A DNA stretch of 64,000 nucleotides from Nitrospirota bacterium (GTDB lineage Bacteria > Nitrospirota > Nitrospiria > Nitrospirales > Nitrospiraceae). The DNA lies in the NCBI GenBank assembly GCA_963701855.1, contig CAVPBK010000006.1:1568502-1632501 (forward strand). Reading direction: 5' to 3'. The notes below the pieces were generated by a model that worked only from the letters and a program-made list of their open reading frames with translations, ran no database searches and was not told the origin of the DNA. Positions within the stretch are counted from its first letter, which is position 1. The number at the start of each line of letters is the position of its first letter. A program made the position numbers and the translations under genes. Below are positions 40,801 to 50,753 of the stretch, in pieces.

Positions 40801-42114
40801 ATTCTCGGCTATCCTGTTCAGCAATGGCTCAACGATCCGTCATTCTGGCCTGAACATATCCTTCCCGAGGACCGCGAACGATGCGTAGCGTATTGCGTGG
40901 AGCAGACGAAGTTGGGTTTGCCCCATGATTTCGAATACCGGATGCTCGCCGCCGACGGCCGGACTGTCTGGATCAGAGACATAGTCAGCGTGTTTGTCGA
41001 AGAAGGATGCCCAGTCAAGGTCCGCGGCATCATGTTAGACATCACCGAGCAGAAACGGGCAGAAGAGGAGTTACGGCTATCCCATGCCTTTCTCCGGCAG
41101 GTGATCGACAGCGACCCGAATTTCATCTTCGCAAAAGATCGTGAGGGGCGATTCACCTTAGTCAACAAGGCGGTCGCCGATGCCTATGGAACGACGGTGG
41201 ATAACCTGATTGGCAAGACCGATGCCGACTTCAATCCCAACCAGGAGGAGGTGGCGTTCTTTCGTCAGAGAGATCTGGAGGTGATGGATACCCTTCACGA
41301 ACGCTTCCTTCCTGAAGAAGTCATCACGGATTCCGACGGGAGAACCCGCTGGCTTCAGACTGTCAAAAGGCCGATTCTGGACGAAGAGGGGCGCGCGACA
41401 ATGGTGCTGGGCGCGTCCACCGACATCACCGAGCGCAAGCACATGGAAGAGACGTTACATCAGCGGGAACGCGCCTTGCGGGCAGCCATTGAGGAACGCG
41501 AACGGATCAGCCAAGACCTACACGATGGCATCCTACAGTCGCTTTTTGCCGTGGGTCTCACCCTAGAAGCCAGCAAGTCGACGATGTCTCCAACGGCTCG
41601 CAAGACATCCGGTCTACCGCTCAATCAGGCCATCGATCAATTGAACCGGGTCATGCGCGAGATCCGGCTCTTCATCGCGGGGTTGGGATCCGATCTGCTC
41701 CAGGGGAAGGACTTGTCGATGGCGCTGCAGCGCATGCTGGCATTGCTGGCGCAGAATCAGGCCACGCGTGTGCGACTTGCGGTCGAAAACCGTGCCGCAA
41801 AGTCCGTCTCGGCTGAACAGTCCTTGCACCTATTCCTCGTCATCCAAGAAGCGGTGAGTAATTGTATCAGGCACGGCCGCGCGCAAGAGGCCAGGGTGTC
41901 GCTCAAGATGTTGAAGCAGGGTGTCCGGTTGAGCATTCGCGACAACGGTCGTGGATTCAACCAGAATGCCGCCAAGAAAACTGGGCATGGATTGGCCAAT
42001 ATGGCCGCCCGTGCGCAGAAGATCGGGGGACGGTTCACCGTCTTATCCAAGGTGAATGAAGGCACTCGCATCGTACTCGACTTGCCGAACGAGGTCGCCG
42101 ATGTCCGCAGCTAA
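37801..42114 (+). CDS. Cytoplasmic sensor histidine kinase: GAF + ~8 PAS/PAC + HisKA_3 + HATPase
   Basis: Repeated DITERK PAC ends, ERERISQDLHDG H-box, QEAVSN, DNGRG, GLANM. Confidence 0.95.
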   Translation: MSSIGHLPEMELLRGQVADLSRELAERDRVAQDLREQSDLLRAIAAGTAAETGEEFFSALVTHLTSVLKVQYAIIGEVQGDCIKKIHTLAVSDGGALVDNFEYELAHTPCATALTQTFTCFDRDVQATFPQFQRLADLGAESYCAVPLRTKNGAVIGLLVVMDMKPLERSDDLQSLLGVFAPRIAAEFERRRAEQENAQALADLLNVIETIPDIVFALNTQGNMVKWNRRVGEVTGYSPEELLHKPALAFVPPEEQARTAAAIQRAFTEGYAELDGQLLTKDLHVIPYHWTGALLKNSHGEPVGITGIGRDVSGKKRVEEALRESEQRFALAVDGSNDILWDAHLLPGEPWHAPQTSIWWSPRVQELLDLEESESFETIEQWVARIHPDDKDRVFGHLAAHIGHRVPYDVEYRLRTNRGDYRWIRGRGQALWDEQGKPRRMSGSCQDITDRKWMEEERRKQEVLITLMLNTGPACIKRVAADGLLLHMNPTGLKMVEACGEPEVVGRSVFDLITPTHREAFIGMHRSVIEGHERTLQFEIQGLKGTRRWVESYAVPFWNPVTGQTEQLAVTHDITERKQVEEALRKSKERYAQATAAGRVGVWELDVATGTYHGDLNLKGLFGYLDDELSTDPYVWLNLVHRDDQSIAMDNWQRIVNGERDDCNYELRMFKKDGTIIWTDIRGHAVRDHEGQVTQVFGTTVDITERKQAQDALALSEHQLRTVLGALPVGVWFTDRSGKPLLVNPMAKQIWSNIKHIGLQNPDNSAGWWETVERATGPHRWALSPVLTTGVSSLNETLEIECLDGTKKTIHNSTVPVRDETGILIGAIVLNEDITTLRQAQKALKLTQFSVDHAVEGFFWISPDAKVLQVNEAACRMLEYTRDELTAMTVHDIDPDFSLEAWPTYWDKLKEKGSLTFETKYWSKTGRVLDTEVTVNYLQYEGNEYSCAIMRDIGERKRVEAALRLSEQRYASLLNSVTGIVWEADPATFRFTFVSIQAEHILGYPVQQWLNDPSFWPEHILPEDRERCVAYCVEQTKLGLPHDFEYRMLAADGRTVWIRDIVSVFVEEGCPVKVRGIMLDITEQKRAEEELRLSHAFLRQVIDSDPNFIFAKDREGRFTLVNKAVADAYGTTVDNLIGKTDADFNPNQEEVAFFRQRDLEVMDTLHERFLPEEVITDSDGRTRWLQTVKRPILDEEGRATMVLGASTDITERKHMEETLHQRERALRAAIEERERISQDLHDGILQSLFAVGLTLEASKSTMSPTARKTSGLPLNQAIDQLNRVMREIRLFIAGLGSDLLQGKDLSMALQRMLALLAQNQATRVRLAVENRAAKSVSAEQSLHLFLVIQEAVSNCIRHGRAQEARVSLKMLKQGVRLSIRDNGRGFNQNAAKKTGHGLANMAARAQKIGGRFTVLSKVNEGTRIVLDLPNEVADVRS

Positions 42115-42754
42115 ACCGATTCGCCTGCTTTTGGTCGACGATCACCAATTGGTGCGCGTCGGCCTGCGAACCGTCTTACACAATCACCATCACGGTATCA
42201 CCATTGTCGGCGAGGCAGGATCCAAAGCCGACGCGGTGCGGTTGGTCGAGCAGCTCAAACCGGACGTCGTACTGATGGATGTCCGACTCCCGGATGGCTC
42301 AGGGATTGAGGCCTGTCGTGATGTTTTCGCCAGTCATCCCGAGACGCGAGTGATCTTTCTCACATCGTTTGCCGATGATGAGCTTGCCCTGGCAGCCGTG
42401 CTGGCCGGCGCACAGGGGTACGTCCTCAAGACTATCGACTCCGACCTGCTCGTTCGATCGATTCAGGCTGTCGCGAACGGACAATCTCTTCTCAGTCCGG
42501 GCCTCATCCAACGGGCGTTGGATCGGATACAATCCGAGCCAGCTCAGGCCGGCCCGGTGCGAACACAATCCCTTGCCCCCCAGGAAGAGCGCGTCCTGGC
42601 GTTGGTGGCGAAAGGATTGACCAACAAGGAAATTGCGTCCGAGCTGCAACTCAGTGATAAGACGGTCAAGAACTATCTCTCCAACGTGTTCCATAAACTG
42701 CAGATTTCACGACGAACACAGGCAGCCTCCTTCTTCATCAAGCGTCAGACTTGA
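42101..42754 (+). CDS. NarL/LuxR-family response regulator
   Basis: VDDH, MDVRLP, GYVLK, TNKEIA...LSDKTVKNYLS. Overlaps the kinase stop. Confidence 0.95.
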   Translation: MSAAKPIRLLLVDDHQLVRVGLRTVLHNHHHGITIVGEAGSKADAVRLVEQLKPDVVLMDVRLPDGSGIEACRDVFASHPETRVIFLTSFADDELALAAVLAGAQGYVLKTIDSDLLVRSIQAVANGQSLLSPGLIQRALDRIQSEPAQAGPVRTQSLAPQEERVLALVAKGLTNKEIASELQLSDKTVKNYLSNVFHKLQISRRTQAASFFIKRQT

Positions 42755-43076
42755 AGATCCTGAAGCGCGAGACTCGCGCGACGATCCTGGCAGAGCCAAA
42801 CGCTTCCATCCATACCTTCGCGTCGCCGTCGATATGGCATCGGCACAGAAGATGACGCATTGTTTGTTTGCCCACTTACCAGGGAGATGATACAGTTCGG
42901 AAAAATTTTTTAGCAGGATGCTGAAAAATTCCGCAGTCGGCGTGCTCGAAACCCGTGAAGCGTATGCCGTTCAAGCGTTTCAAGTTTTCGAAGGTTGCTT
43001 CCAGACAACATGAAATCTGAAACTAGGAACAGGAAACTCGACGATCCAGAGTTATTTACCGAAGCTGAGGTATTGG

Positions 43077-43448
43077 GTGCCATCCATTCTTGTCGTCGAT
43101 GATGAAGACCAAATTCGTCGATTGATTCGCGAAATATTGGGGCAGGCCGATTATCACGTCACGGAAGCGCGCGATGGAAAGGAGGCGCTCCAGCAGTATC
43201 GACCGGCGCTGGCGGACTTGGTCATTATGGACATTCTAATGCCCGATCAGGATGGTCTGGAGACCACTGTCACGTTGTAGCGGGAATTCCCGAATGTAAA
43301 AATCATCGCGATCACCGGCGGCAGTGACATGATCGGCATTCTCAATTTTCTCGATGTCGCCAAAATGTTGGGTGCCCACAGCACGCTTCAGAAACCCTTT
43401 GAAATGAAGACCCTCCTCGAGACGGTCCAAACTGAACTGCAAGGATAG
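43077..43448 (+). pseudogene. Single-domain response regulator interrupted by TAG at 43278-43280
   Basis: ILVVDD...MDILMPDQDGLE..L*REFPNVKIIAITGG...LQKPF continues in the same frame to TAG 43446. Confidence 0.85.
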
Positions 43449-43492
43449 TCTGCCAGCGGCGCGTGAGATACACGCGTGAAGCGTGGGAGCCG

Positions 43493-43570
43493 GCTGGTTG
43501 CTCTGGTTTGTCTCGTTTATTTGCTTAAACTACACTAACCGGAAATCCCAGATGAACCAGACAAGCCAAA
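43493..43570. repeat. 9-mer-periodic palindromic intergenic repeat
   Basis: CTGGTTTGTCTCGTTTATTTG...CCAGATGAACCAGACAAGCC. Confidence 0.7.
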
Positions 43571-43590
43571 AAAAACAAAGAGGGCTGCGC

Positions 43591-43619
43591 TTGACCATCA
43601 GTCGGAGAATCGCTAAGGT
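43591..43619 (+). promoter_or_regulatory. Putative sigma70 promoter of purEK
   Basis: TTGACC-N17-TAAGGT. Confidence 0.5.
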
Positions 43620-43660
43620 GGAACTCCCTTGAGAGCCGTGAGAGAAGGGTCTGCGCGAAT

Positions 43661-44245
43661 ATGTCTCGTCTCAGCAAAGGGTCACAATCACAATCTCGGC
43701 GGCGAGGAACGGATCGTCCGCAGCCCTTGGTCGGGGTGTTGGGCGGGAGCAAGTCCGATTTCCCGATCTTAGAAAAAGCCGTTGCGATTCTTTCGGATCT
43801 CGGGATTCCACACGAATTGATGGTCGTTTCTGCGCACCGGACTCCGGATCGGTTGTTCGCCTATGCAGAACAGGCGCCCGCTAGGGGGATCGAAGTCATT
43901 ATTGCCGGTGCCGGCGGGGCGGCCCATCTTCCCGGGATGCTGGCTGCGAAGACGCATCTACCGGTTATCGGTATTCCGATTCCGACGGAGAATCTTCGCG
44001 GACTCGATTCGCTCCTCTCTATCGTGCAAATGCCGAGAGGGATTCCTGTCGCCACTGTGGCGATCGGAGGGGCGGAGAATGCCGGTTTGCTTGCGGCGCA
44101 AATCCTGGCCGGCCGGTATCCAGCGATTGCCGCTCGCGTGAAACTATTCCGTCAGACGCAGACGGACGGTGTGCTCCAGTCTCCTGAAGCGAAGGGCCTG
44201 GTGACCAGAACGAAAGGTCCCGGTCGTCCGAGTCGCCGATCGTGA
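43661..44245 (+). CDS. purE: N5-CAIR mutase
   Basis: [38 protein letters not shown]. Confidence 0.97.
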   Translation: MSRLSKGSQSQSRRRGTDRPQPLVGVLGGSKSDFPILEKAVAILSDLGIPHELMVVSAHRTPDRLFAYAEQAPARGIEVIIAGAGGAAHLPGMLAAKTHLPVIGIPIPTENLRGLDSLLSIVQMPRGIPVATVAIGGAENAGLLAAQILAGRYPAIAARVKLFRQTQTDGVLQSPEAKGLVTRTKGPGRPSRRS

Positions 44246-45423
44246 AGGCCGTCGCCATTGAGCCAGGATCTGTCCTGGGTGTTCTGGGCGGCGGACAATT
44301 GGGCGCCATGTTCACCATGGCGGCATGTCGTCTCGGGTATCATGTCGCCGTCTGGGATCCAGATCCAGAGGCGCCGGCTCACCGTATTGCCACGCACAGT
44401 TTTCCCGCTCCGTTCACCGACCGACACATTCTTGCGCGCTTTGCCGATCTGGCCAGCGTCGTAACCTATGAATGGGAAAATATCCCGGCGGAGCTCTGTC
44501 GAGCATTGGAGCAGCAGAAACCGGTTCGTCCGTCGAGAACTGTTCTGAGTGTGATTCAGGATCGCCTTGAACAGAAGGGGTTCTTGGCTTCCAACGGATT
44601 TCCCGTTCCCTCCTTCGCCAAACTGACCGCTCCAGAGCAATTGGCGAACACCGTTCGGCAGGTCGGCTATCCAGCCCTCTGTAAGACGGCAACGGCAGGT
44701 TATGACGGCAAGGGGCAGTGGAGAATCATCCGAGAGTCCGATGTTCGAGAGGTGGAACAAGCATTGTCGGAATCCGCTGGTCCCGGCATGCGATGGATCG
44801 TGGAGTCTTTAGTGCCGTTTGAGCGGGAGCTCTCGATTCTAGTGGCCCGTGGGGCTGAGGGACAGAGTTGCACTTACCCCTTGGCTGAGAATGAACATGA
44901 AGAGGGGATTCTTCGAACCACCAAGGTGCCGGCCCCAGGATCGTCAGCTGTGGTCGAGCAAGCGGCCGCTCTTGCGTGTCAGGTCGTCAATCGGCTGGAA
45001 GGGGTCGGGGTATTTTGTCTCGAATTGTTTCAGCTGCCTAGCGGGGAACTGCTTATTAATGAGATTGCCCCGCGGCCTCATAACTCAGGCCATTACACGC
45101 TTGATGCCTGCAGCGTGTCCCAGTTTGAGCAACAGGTTCGCGCCATCTGCGGGATGCCACTTGGTGAAGTGAGACTGCTAAGCCCAGCCGTCATGGTGAA
45201 TCTCATTGGGAACGATGCCGAAATTTTTATGAAGGACGCAGGTTGTCGGACCCTGCTGGAAGTTCCTGGCGCCGTACTCCATCTCTACGGCAAGCGTGCG
45301 ATTCGTCCCCGTCGCAAAATGGGACATGTCACGTTCCTCGGGGAGACGCTTAGTCAAGCCCTTGATCATGCCAAGCAAGTTCGGCGAATGATGTACGACC
45401 AGTTGCATCGTTCTCGGCCCTGA
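44242..45423 (+). CDS. purK: N5-CAIR synthetase
   Basis: [29 protein letters not shown]...RKMGH. Confidence 0.97.
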   Translation: MKAVAIEPGSVLGVLGGGQLGAMFTMAACRLGYHVAVWDPDPEAPAHRIATHSFPAPFTDRHILARFADLASVVTYEWENIPAELCRALEQQKPVRPSRTVLSVIQDRLEQKGFLASNGFPVPSFAKLTAPEQLANTVRQVGYPALCKTATAGYDGKGQWRIIRESDVREVEQALSESAGPGMRWIVESLVPFERELSILVARGAEGQSCTYPLAENEHEEGILRTTKVPAPGSSAVVEQAAALACQVVNRLEGVGVFCLELFQLPSGELLINEIAPRPHNSGHYTLDACSVSQFEQQVRAICGMPLGEVRLLSPAVMVNLIGNDAEIFMKDAGCRTLLEVPGAVLHLYGKRAIRPRRKMGHVTFLGETLSQALDHAKQVRRMMYDQLHRSRP

Positions 45424-45707
45424 AAAAACGTCAACCTATTCCAGCCAATACGCCTCCGGTTTTTCCAGGCCTGCGGCCTCGCATCCGGCCGCACCTCCTT
45501 CGTCTCGTCACGAACAGCAATGTTAGACAGGTTCCTAGGAAAACCCAAATGTGAGACGTTTTTTGGCCATTCCACATCGTTCTATTTTGTGATGTGCTGT
45601 AGGGAGATTGATCACACGGCTCAGATCCTCATGGCGTAGCCTACTGAGAAAACATAGTTCCGCCCTATCGGGGTATCGGTACAGGACTTGCTCATCTCCC
45701 GTTGGGC

Positions 45708-45905
45708 TTCGGAAAAGCTATTTTGGCATGTGAGAACTTCGTTTGGTCCGCACGTCTGGCACAACAGGAATTCCCTCGCGCAGGATGCTCAAAAAAGCTG
45801 TCCAGCAAGGCCGCGGCGAGTGAAGGGCTGAGGCGTACCCTCCGGGGTACGTTGAGAATCTGAATGATGCGAGAACGCTGCTGGCAGGAGTTCTCAACAT
45901 CCTGC
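45708..45905 (+). mobile_element. Compound MITE-like element (22897-type module plus 130-bp module)
   Basis: TTGGCATGTGAGA..CCGCACGTCTG..ACAACAGGA followed by GCAGGATGCTCAAAAAA...CAACATCCTGC. Confidence 0.8.
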
Positions 45906-45938
45906 AGTATTCGGTTGCCCAAACAGGAGAACCTACAG

Positions 45939-47789
45939 ATGAGCAGTCTTGCTTTACCCTCTGAAAGTCATGTCGAGCCGTCTTCGGCAGATTCGTCTCA
46001 CGATAGTTCGATTTCGCGTCCACGATATGTTGTGCTTCAGTCGCTGGTCGGCGTTATGTTGGCCTACCAGTTATTGTCGGGAGCGGAACTGATAGCAAGC
46101 CGCTCAACGATCGGGGTGATCGTCGTTGGGTTGGCGGCAATGGTACTGTGTCTGTGGTATGCGCCGACCTCGATCCTACAGGCTGCGTGGTTCAGCGGGA
46201 CCGTGATTGGGATCGACACGGCTCTCGTGACAGGGACGATCTATCTTTCGGGCAATGCCCGGTCGGAACTCTATCTGTCGTACTTCGTCCTCATGCTCAT
46301 TGCCGCCTCGGTGCGCCGGCTCTCACATGTCATTGGGTTATCTCTGTTGCTCTGTGCCGGGTATGGCGTCATCCTCTATCAAGGGGTTGTACAAACTGGC
46401 GCTCTGTCGCCCGGGCATTTGCTGGGAATACCGGTTTTGTTGGTGATGGCGATGTTCTATGGGCTCGCGTTGCAAACGATTGGCGTCGAACGGCAACAAA
46501 AAACACTATTGCTGGGGAATATCGAGGCTCTGAAAGAGACTGAACGGACCTTGCAAGCGTCGCGCGATCAGTTGGAGGTCCGGATCAAGGGGCTCAAGGG
46601 TGATCTCTCACGGTCGAATGAGCATGTCCGGCAGGAGAAGAAGGAGCGAGAAGGCATTGAGCAGCAATTGAGTGAGGCGCTGAAGATGGAAGCGATCGGT
46701 CGGCTTGCCGGGGGAATGGCCAACGAACTCAGCCATCTCGTTTCGATGATCGGGAGGCAGACGGGTGTAGTCCTCTCTCGCCTCAAGCCGGATGACCCAC
46801 TCTATGGGCCGGTTGATGACATATTTCGAAGCGGAGGGCAGGCTGCAGCCGTGACCGCTCAATTGGCTGGATTGGGTCTCCACGACGGTCACGTCCGGCA
46901 GGTACTTTCGATCAAGGCCGTGCTGACGGAGATCCGTGGAGTGCTGAGAGGACTGCTGCCCGCCTCCATCGATCTCAGCATGGTCATTGAAGATGCGCCG
47001 ATGGATGTGGAGGTCGATCGTGAAGGACTGGAACAAGTCCTGCTTCATCTTGCGGTGAATGCGCGGGATGCCATGCCACATGGTGGTCGGCTGCTGATTG
47101 AGGCGAAGCAGGCATTCCCTGGGCATGAGAATGGGCTGGTGAATGGAAGGGGGGGGCATCTACCCAAGGTGCTGGTTCAAGTGACCGATACCGGAAGTGG
47201 GATGAGCCGAGAGACCCAGTCGCACATGTTCGAACCCTTCTTTTCCACAAAGGAAATGAATGTGGGACTCGGACTTACCGCGGTCTATGGCATTGTGAAA
47301 CACAGTGCAGGCCAGGTCGATGTTGTCAGCCGGCCCGGCGAAGGCACTGTAGTGCGCGTTGTGCTTCCCCTTGTACGACAGGGTCGGCCGCCTGCCCCAT
47401 CGATTCTGGCACATGTCGCAGCCAAAGATGTGGAAACGGTTCTGCTGGTGGAGCCGAATGAAATCGATCGCAAGCTCGCGCTCTCCACATTGTTGCGGCA
47501 TCGCTATCACGTCTTGGAGGCGAGCTCGTCCGTTGAAGCGTTACTGCTCGCGCAGCAACATTCTGGCGCCGTTCATGTTGCCGTGAGCGATCTCATGATG
47601 CCGGAGATCGGAGGCCGCGACTTAGCCAGACGGTTGTTGGAGCAACACCCTATGATGAAGCCGCTCTTTATCTCTGGGTATGACGACGAGGCGATGCTGT
47701 CTCATCGCCTCAACCCCCGGTATCTCTTGAGGCGTCCCTATCGACAAGCCGGGCTGGTGGAAAAAGTTCGTGAGTTGCTGGATGCGTGA
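45939..47789 (+). CDS. Membrane hybrid histidine-kinase-like protein with degenerate H-box
   Basis: Multiple TM helices and a coiled coil. GRLAGGMANELSH in place of AHDFNN. Intact N/G1/F/G2 boxes and a C-terminal REC domain. Confidence 0.9.
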   Translation: MSSLALPSESHVEPSSADSSHDSSISRPRYVVLQSLVGVMLAYQLLSGAELIASRSTIGVIVVGLAAMVLCLWYAPTSILQAAWFSGTVIGIDTALVTGTIYLSGNARSELYLSYFVLMLIAASVRRLSHVIGLSLLLCAGYGVILYQGVVQTGALSPGHLLGIPVLLVMAMFYGLALQTIGVERQQKTLLLGNIEALKETERTLQASRDQLEVRIKGLKGDLSRSNEHVRQEKKEREGIEQQLSEALKMEAIGRLAGGMANELSHLVSMIGRQTGVVLSRLKPDDPLYGPVDDIFRSGGQAAAVTAQLAGLGLHDGHVRQVLSIKAVLTEIRGVLRGLLPASIDLSMVIEDAPMDVEVDREGLEQVLLHLAVNARDAMPHGGRLLIEAKQAFPGHENGLVNGRGGHLPKVLVQVTDTGSGMSRETQSHMFEPFFSTKEMNVGLGLTAVYGIVKHSAGQVDVVSRPGEGTVVRVVLPLVRQGRPPAPSILAHVAAKDVETVLLVEPNEIDRKLALSTLLRHRYHVLEASSSVEALLLAQQHSGAVHVAVSDLMMPEIGGRDLARRLLEQHPMMKPLFISGYDDEAMLSHRLNPRYLLRRPYRQAGLVEKVRELLDA

Positions 47790-47855
47790 AAACCAGACGG
47801 TTTGTCTCGTTTATTTGGTTGAACCAGACTAAATAGACTAACCAGGTAAACCAGC
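47790..47855. repeat. 9-mer-periodic palindromic repeat between convergent genes
   Basis: GGTTTGTCTCGTTTATTTGGTTGAACCAGACTAAATAGACTAACCAG. Confidence 0.7.
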
Positions 47856-48560
47856 CTAGTCATCCCATCCGCCCCTGCGGCCTGGTGCAAAGAAGGGCAC
47901 GTCCGGGCGTTTGAATAGACCAATCAGTGCCATCCCAGCGATAAACCCGCCGATATGGGCAAAGAATGCGACGCCTCCACCCTCACTGCCGGCGCTCATG
48001 CCCCCACTCAACAGTTGCATGACGAACCACATACCCAGGACGACACCCGCTGCTACCCTTGTTGCGCCAAGGCCTGGCATCATTACCAGCACACGGGCTC
48101 GTGGAAACAACAACACATAGGCGCCTAAGACACCGGAAATGGCGCCGCTTGCTCCGACCATGGGAATAGACGAAGACGGATCGGTCAGGGCGTGGCTCAA
48201 GGCGGCCAGAATTCCGCATGTGAGGTAGAACGTGATGTACTTCGCATGCCCCATGGCGTCTTCGATGTTGTTCCCGAAAACCCAGAGGTACAGCATATTC
48301 CCGATGAGATGCATCCACCCGCCGTGCAGGAACATGCTCGTGAGCAGTGTGGCGTAGGCGGGAATTGTTACGCCCATCTCAGGGGGGTCGACCTCTCCGA
48401 ACACGAGGGCCGGGATTGCCCCGTACTGAAAGACGAATGTCTCTCCTGCGCCGGCGGGAAGGCTTACCTGGTAGAAAAAGACGAGGACGCAGGCTGCGAT
48501 CCAGCCGATCGTAACCACCGGCGTCCGTTCGGTTGGGTTGTCGTCATGCAGAGGGATCAT
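47856..48560 (-). CDS. Rhomboid intramembrane serine protease
   Basis: SMFLHGGWMHLIGNM, GASG, AHIGG. Confidence 0.96.
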   Translation of the reverse strand: MIPLHDDNPTERTPVVTIGWIAACVLVFFYQVSLPAGAGETFVFQYGAIPALVFGEVDPPEMGVTIPAYATLLTSMFLHGGWMHLIGNMLYLWVFGNNIEDAMGHAKYITFYLTCGILAALSHALTDPSSSIPMVGASGAISGVLGAYVLLFPRARVLVMMPGLGATRVAAGVVLGMWFVMQLLSGGMSAGSEGGGVAFFAHIGGFIAGMALIGLFKRPDVPFFAPGRRGGWDD

Positions 48561-48588
48561 GGTGCCCTTAGTTAGGGGAAGAAGACGT

Positions 48589-48676
48589 TATTTGGCCTGT
48601 CTCATTTGTATGGTTAAACAAGACCAACCAGATAACAAAACAAACCAGATCAACCAGACAGACCAGATGAACCAGC
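48589..48676. repeat. 9-mer-periodic palindromic repeat
   Basis: Shares TGGTTAAACAAGACCAACCAGAT with the copy at 23615. Confidence 0.75.
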
Positions 48677-49552
48677 TCAGCCAGGAGGCCTGCGACGGTC
48701 GATGACTGATCGAGGGAGCGCTGGGTCATCCGGCAAGGAGCCATCAGGCCCAAGGGAGACTGAAAACCCCGCGGCATGCGTATGGCCTCCACCGCCGAAA
48801 GACGCGGCGATGGCACCCACGTCGGTCCCATCCTCTCGCGAGCGCATGCTGTAATAGCGGCGTCCGTCACGATCGTGCCATATGACGCAAAATGGATGCT
48901 CAGTGGAGAGGCGCTCGCCGATCTGACTCGTCAGAACCGCACTGTGAACCGACGGAACGACGGCTCCGTGAAAGTCGATCAACATCGCTTGCGCTGCAAG
49001 TTTGCTCACGAGTTCGCTTTCATAACGCAAAATGGCCTGACCTTCCTGCTCCAACTCCTTCTGTTTGAAGTGACTCCAGAGGTGATACTCGAATGGGTAG
49101 GAGGCCACGGCCGCATTGATTTCCCGACTGGAGGGGAGCGCCCAAGTCCAGAGGTCTTTGTCTTGGATATAGTCGAGGAGCCACGGCGCAGGCCGATCAT
49201 GTGCCCATTCCCAGGCCAAGACCGCTCCGGACTTCTTCATGTCGAAATACGCATAGGGAAGGCCGGCGAGGGCTTTCTCTGCCGTGATGTGATGATCAAG
49301 CACGAGGAGCGCCTGTGTCTGAGCAGCCATGATTTCCAGCGTCTCGCGGGCATAGCTGAAATCCACGATAACGACTCGTTGGTCCTGCAGCCCTGTGGGG
49401 GGCGGATTCCCATGTTTGACGGGAATGAACCGAGCCGCTGGAAATTGATTCCAGATCGCCCAAGCGGCGCCGAACCCATCGGCACATTCGGCGTGATAGA
49501 GCACGACGGTGGGAGGCTCAGAGAATGGGTGCTGTGTGCGGGAACCAGCCAT
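48677..49552 (-). CDS. DHH/DHHA1 phosphoesterase
   Basis: YHAECADG, VDFS, LDHH, DKDLW, SMRS, GGGGH. Confidence 0.9.
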   Translation of the reverse strand: MAGSRTQHPFSEPPTVVLYHAECADGFGAAWAIWNQFPAARFIPVKHGNPPPTGLQDQRVVIVDFSYARETLEIMAAQTQALLVLDHHITAEKALAGLPYAYFDMKKSGAVLAWEWAHDRPAPWLLDYIQDKDLWTWALPSSREINAAVASYPFEYHLWSHFKQKELEQEGQAILRYESELVSKLAAQAMLIDFHGAVVPSVHSAVLTSQIGERLSTEHPFCVIWHDRDGRRYYSMRSREDGTDVGAIAASFGGGGHTHAAGFSVSLGPDGSLPDDPALPRSVIDRRRPPG

Positions 49553-49608
49553 TGTGGCGAGCATACCACGATGCTGCTCCGAGACTAAAGCGTCTTCGCG
49601 AGAAGCAA

Positions 49609-50664
49609 TCAGAGGGCGTTGAGATGGTCAATCATTTGACGCAACCGGCTCGCGCTCCGGCGATTGGAGATAAAGGCCAACCGAGGCAAGTCCATCAGAT
49701 CCGGCTCGTCGAGTTCTTCGGGGAGAGGTCCGCGCAATTCGAAGGTGCCTTCGGATAACAGATCGCCAAACGTGTCATGAAGGCCGGACACCTGCTCTTC
49801 AGATATGCGGGTTTTCAGCCGCATGGCCAAGAGCCGGCCCACATAGCGAATGGAATGGAATCGGTGGTAAAAGCTCCTGATCTCATCGATTGCATCGTCC
49901 ACGGACGTGGTGATTTTGAAAAGGCTGAGATCTTCAGGGTTGATCAGATGACGGGCCAAGAGTTGGCGAGTGACGAAGGCATACCAGTCGTTCCAATAGT
50001 CGCAGCCGGGAGCCTGGAGACACACGATCGGCTGGGGATCGCTCTTGCCGGTCTGGGCGAGGGTCAAGATTTCAAAACCTTCATCATGCGTCCCGAAACC
50101 GCCTGGAAACAAGGCAATGGCGTTGGCCTCTTTCTGAAAGATTAATTTGCGAGTGAAAAAGTATTTGAATGTGACGAGCTTAGGGTCATCGGCGATCGTA
50201 GCATTCGGGCCTTGTTCGAAGGGCAGCATGATATTGACCCCGAAGCTGTTCTCGCGGCCCGCGCCCTCCTGACAGGCGCGCATGATCCCGTCGGCGCCCC
50301 CGGTAATGACCATGAACCCTTCCTCGACGATCCGACGGGAAAACTGGAAGGCCATCTGGTAGTTCGGATCATCCGAGGCGGTGCGGGCCGAACCGAAGAT
50401 GCTGATCTTGCGCCGATCGCGATAGTTGTGAAATACGCGGAAGGCGTGACGCAGTTCTTTTACGGCGCGATTGACGATCTTGAGATCCAGGATGTCTAGA
50501 TGAGAATCGTGGAGTCGGAGCGTTCCGGCCAGGAGTTCCTTCATGATCGCGGCTTGCAGGTCGTCTTCCGGACATTCAAGCAGCAGGCGGATTTGGCTGA
50601 GCAACTGCTCGTTCGAGGGGAGGGGATGGGAACGGGTCTGAGAAGTCTTCATTGGGTCATCCAT
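49609..50664 (-). CDS. LOG-family nucleotide phosphoribohydrolase with N- and C-terminal extensions
   Basis: IFGSART, ITGGADGIM, YFFTRK, PGGFGTHDE. Confidence 0.92.
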   Translation of the reverse strand: MDDPMKTSQTRSHPLPSNEQLLSQIRLLLECPEDDLQAAIMKELLAGTLRLHDSHLDILDLKIVNRAVKELRHAFRVFHNYRDRRKISIFGSARTASDDPNYQMAFQFSRRIVEEGFMVITGGADGIMRACQEGAGRENSFGVNIMLPFEQGPNATIADDPKLVTFKYFFTRKLIFQKEANAIALFPGGFGTHDEGFEILTLAQTGKSDPQPIVCLQAPGCDYWNDWYAFVTRQLLARHLINPEDLSLFKITTSVDDAIDEIRSFYHRFHSIRYVGRLLAMRLKTRISEEQVSGLHDTFGDLLSEGTFELRGPLPEELDEPDLMDLPRLAFISNRRSASRLRQMIDHLNAL

Positions 50665-50753
50665 ATGTGGTTATGATTTATCATTCTAAGGAGAAAAAAT
50701 TCTATCAGCTGACCGCCTGTTGGTCAAAAAACGGAACATATTTGTGCAGCTTC

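Noticed and set aside
39256..40824. 522-aa antisense ORF (and similar long antisense ORFs at 56463, 57722, 7371, 10273)
   Set aside because: Shadows of well-supported genes in GC-rich DNA, with no recognisable motifs.
43278..43280. Pyrrolysine or readthrough at the in-frame TAG
   Set aside because: Non-catalytic position in a receiver domain and no pyl genes in the window. A nonsense mutation or base error is simpler.
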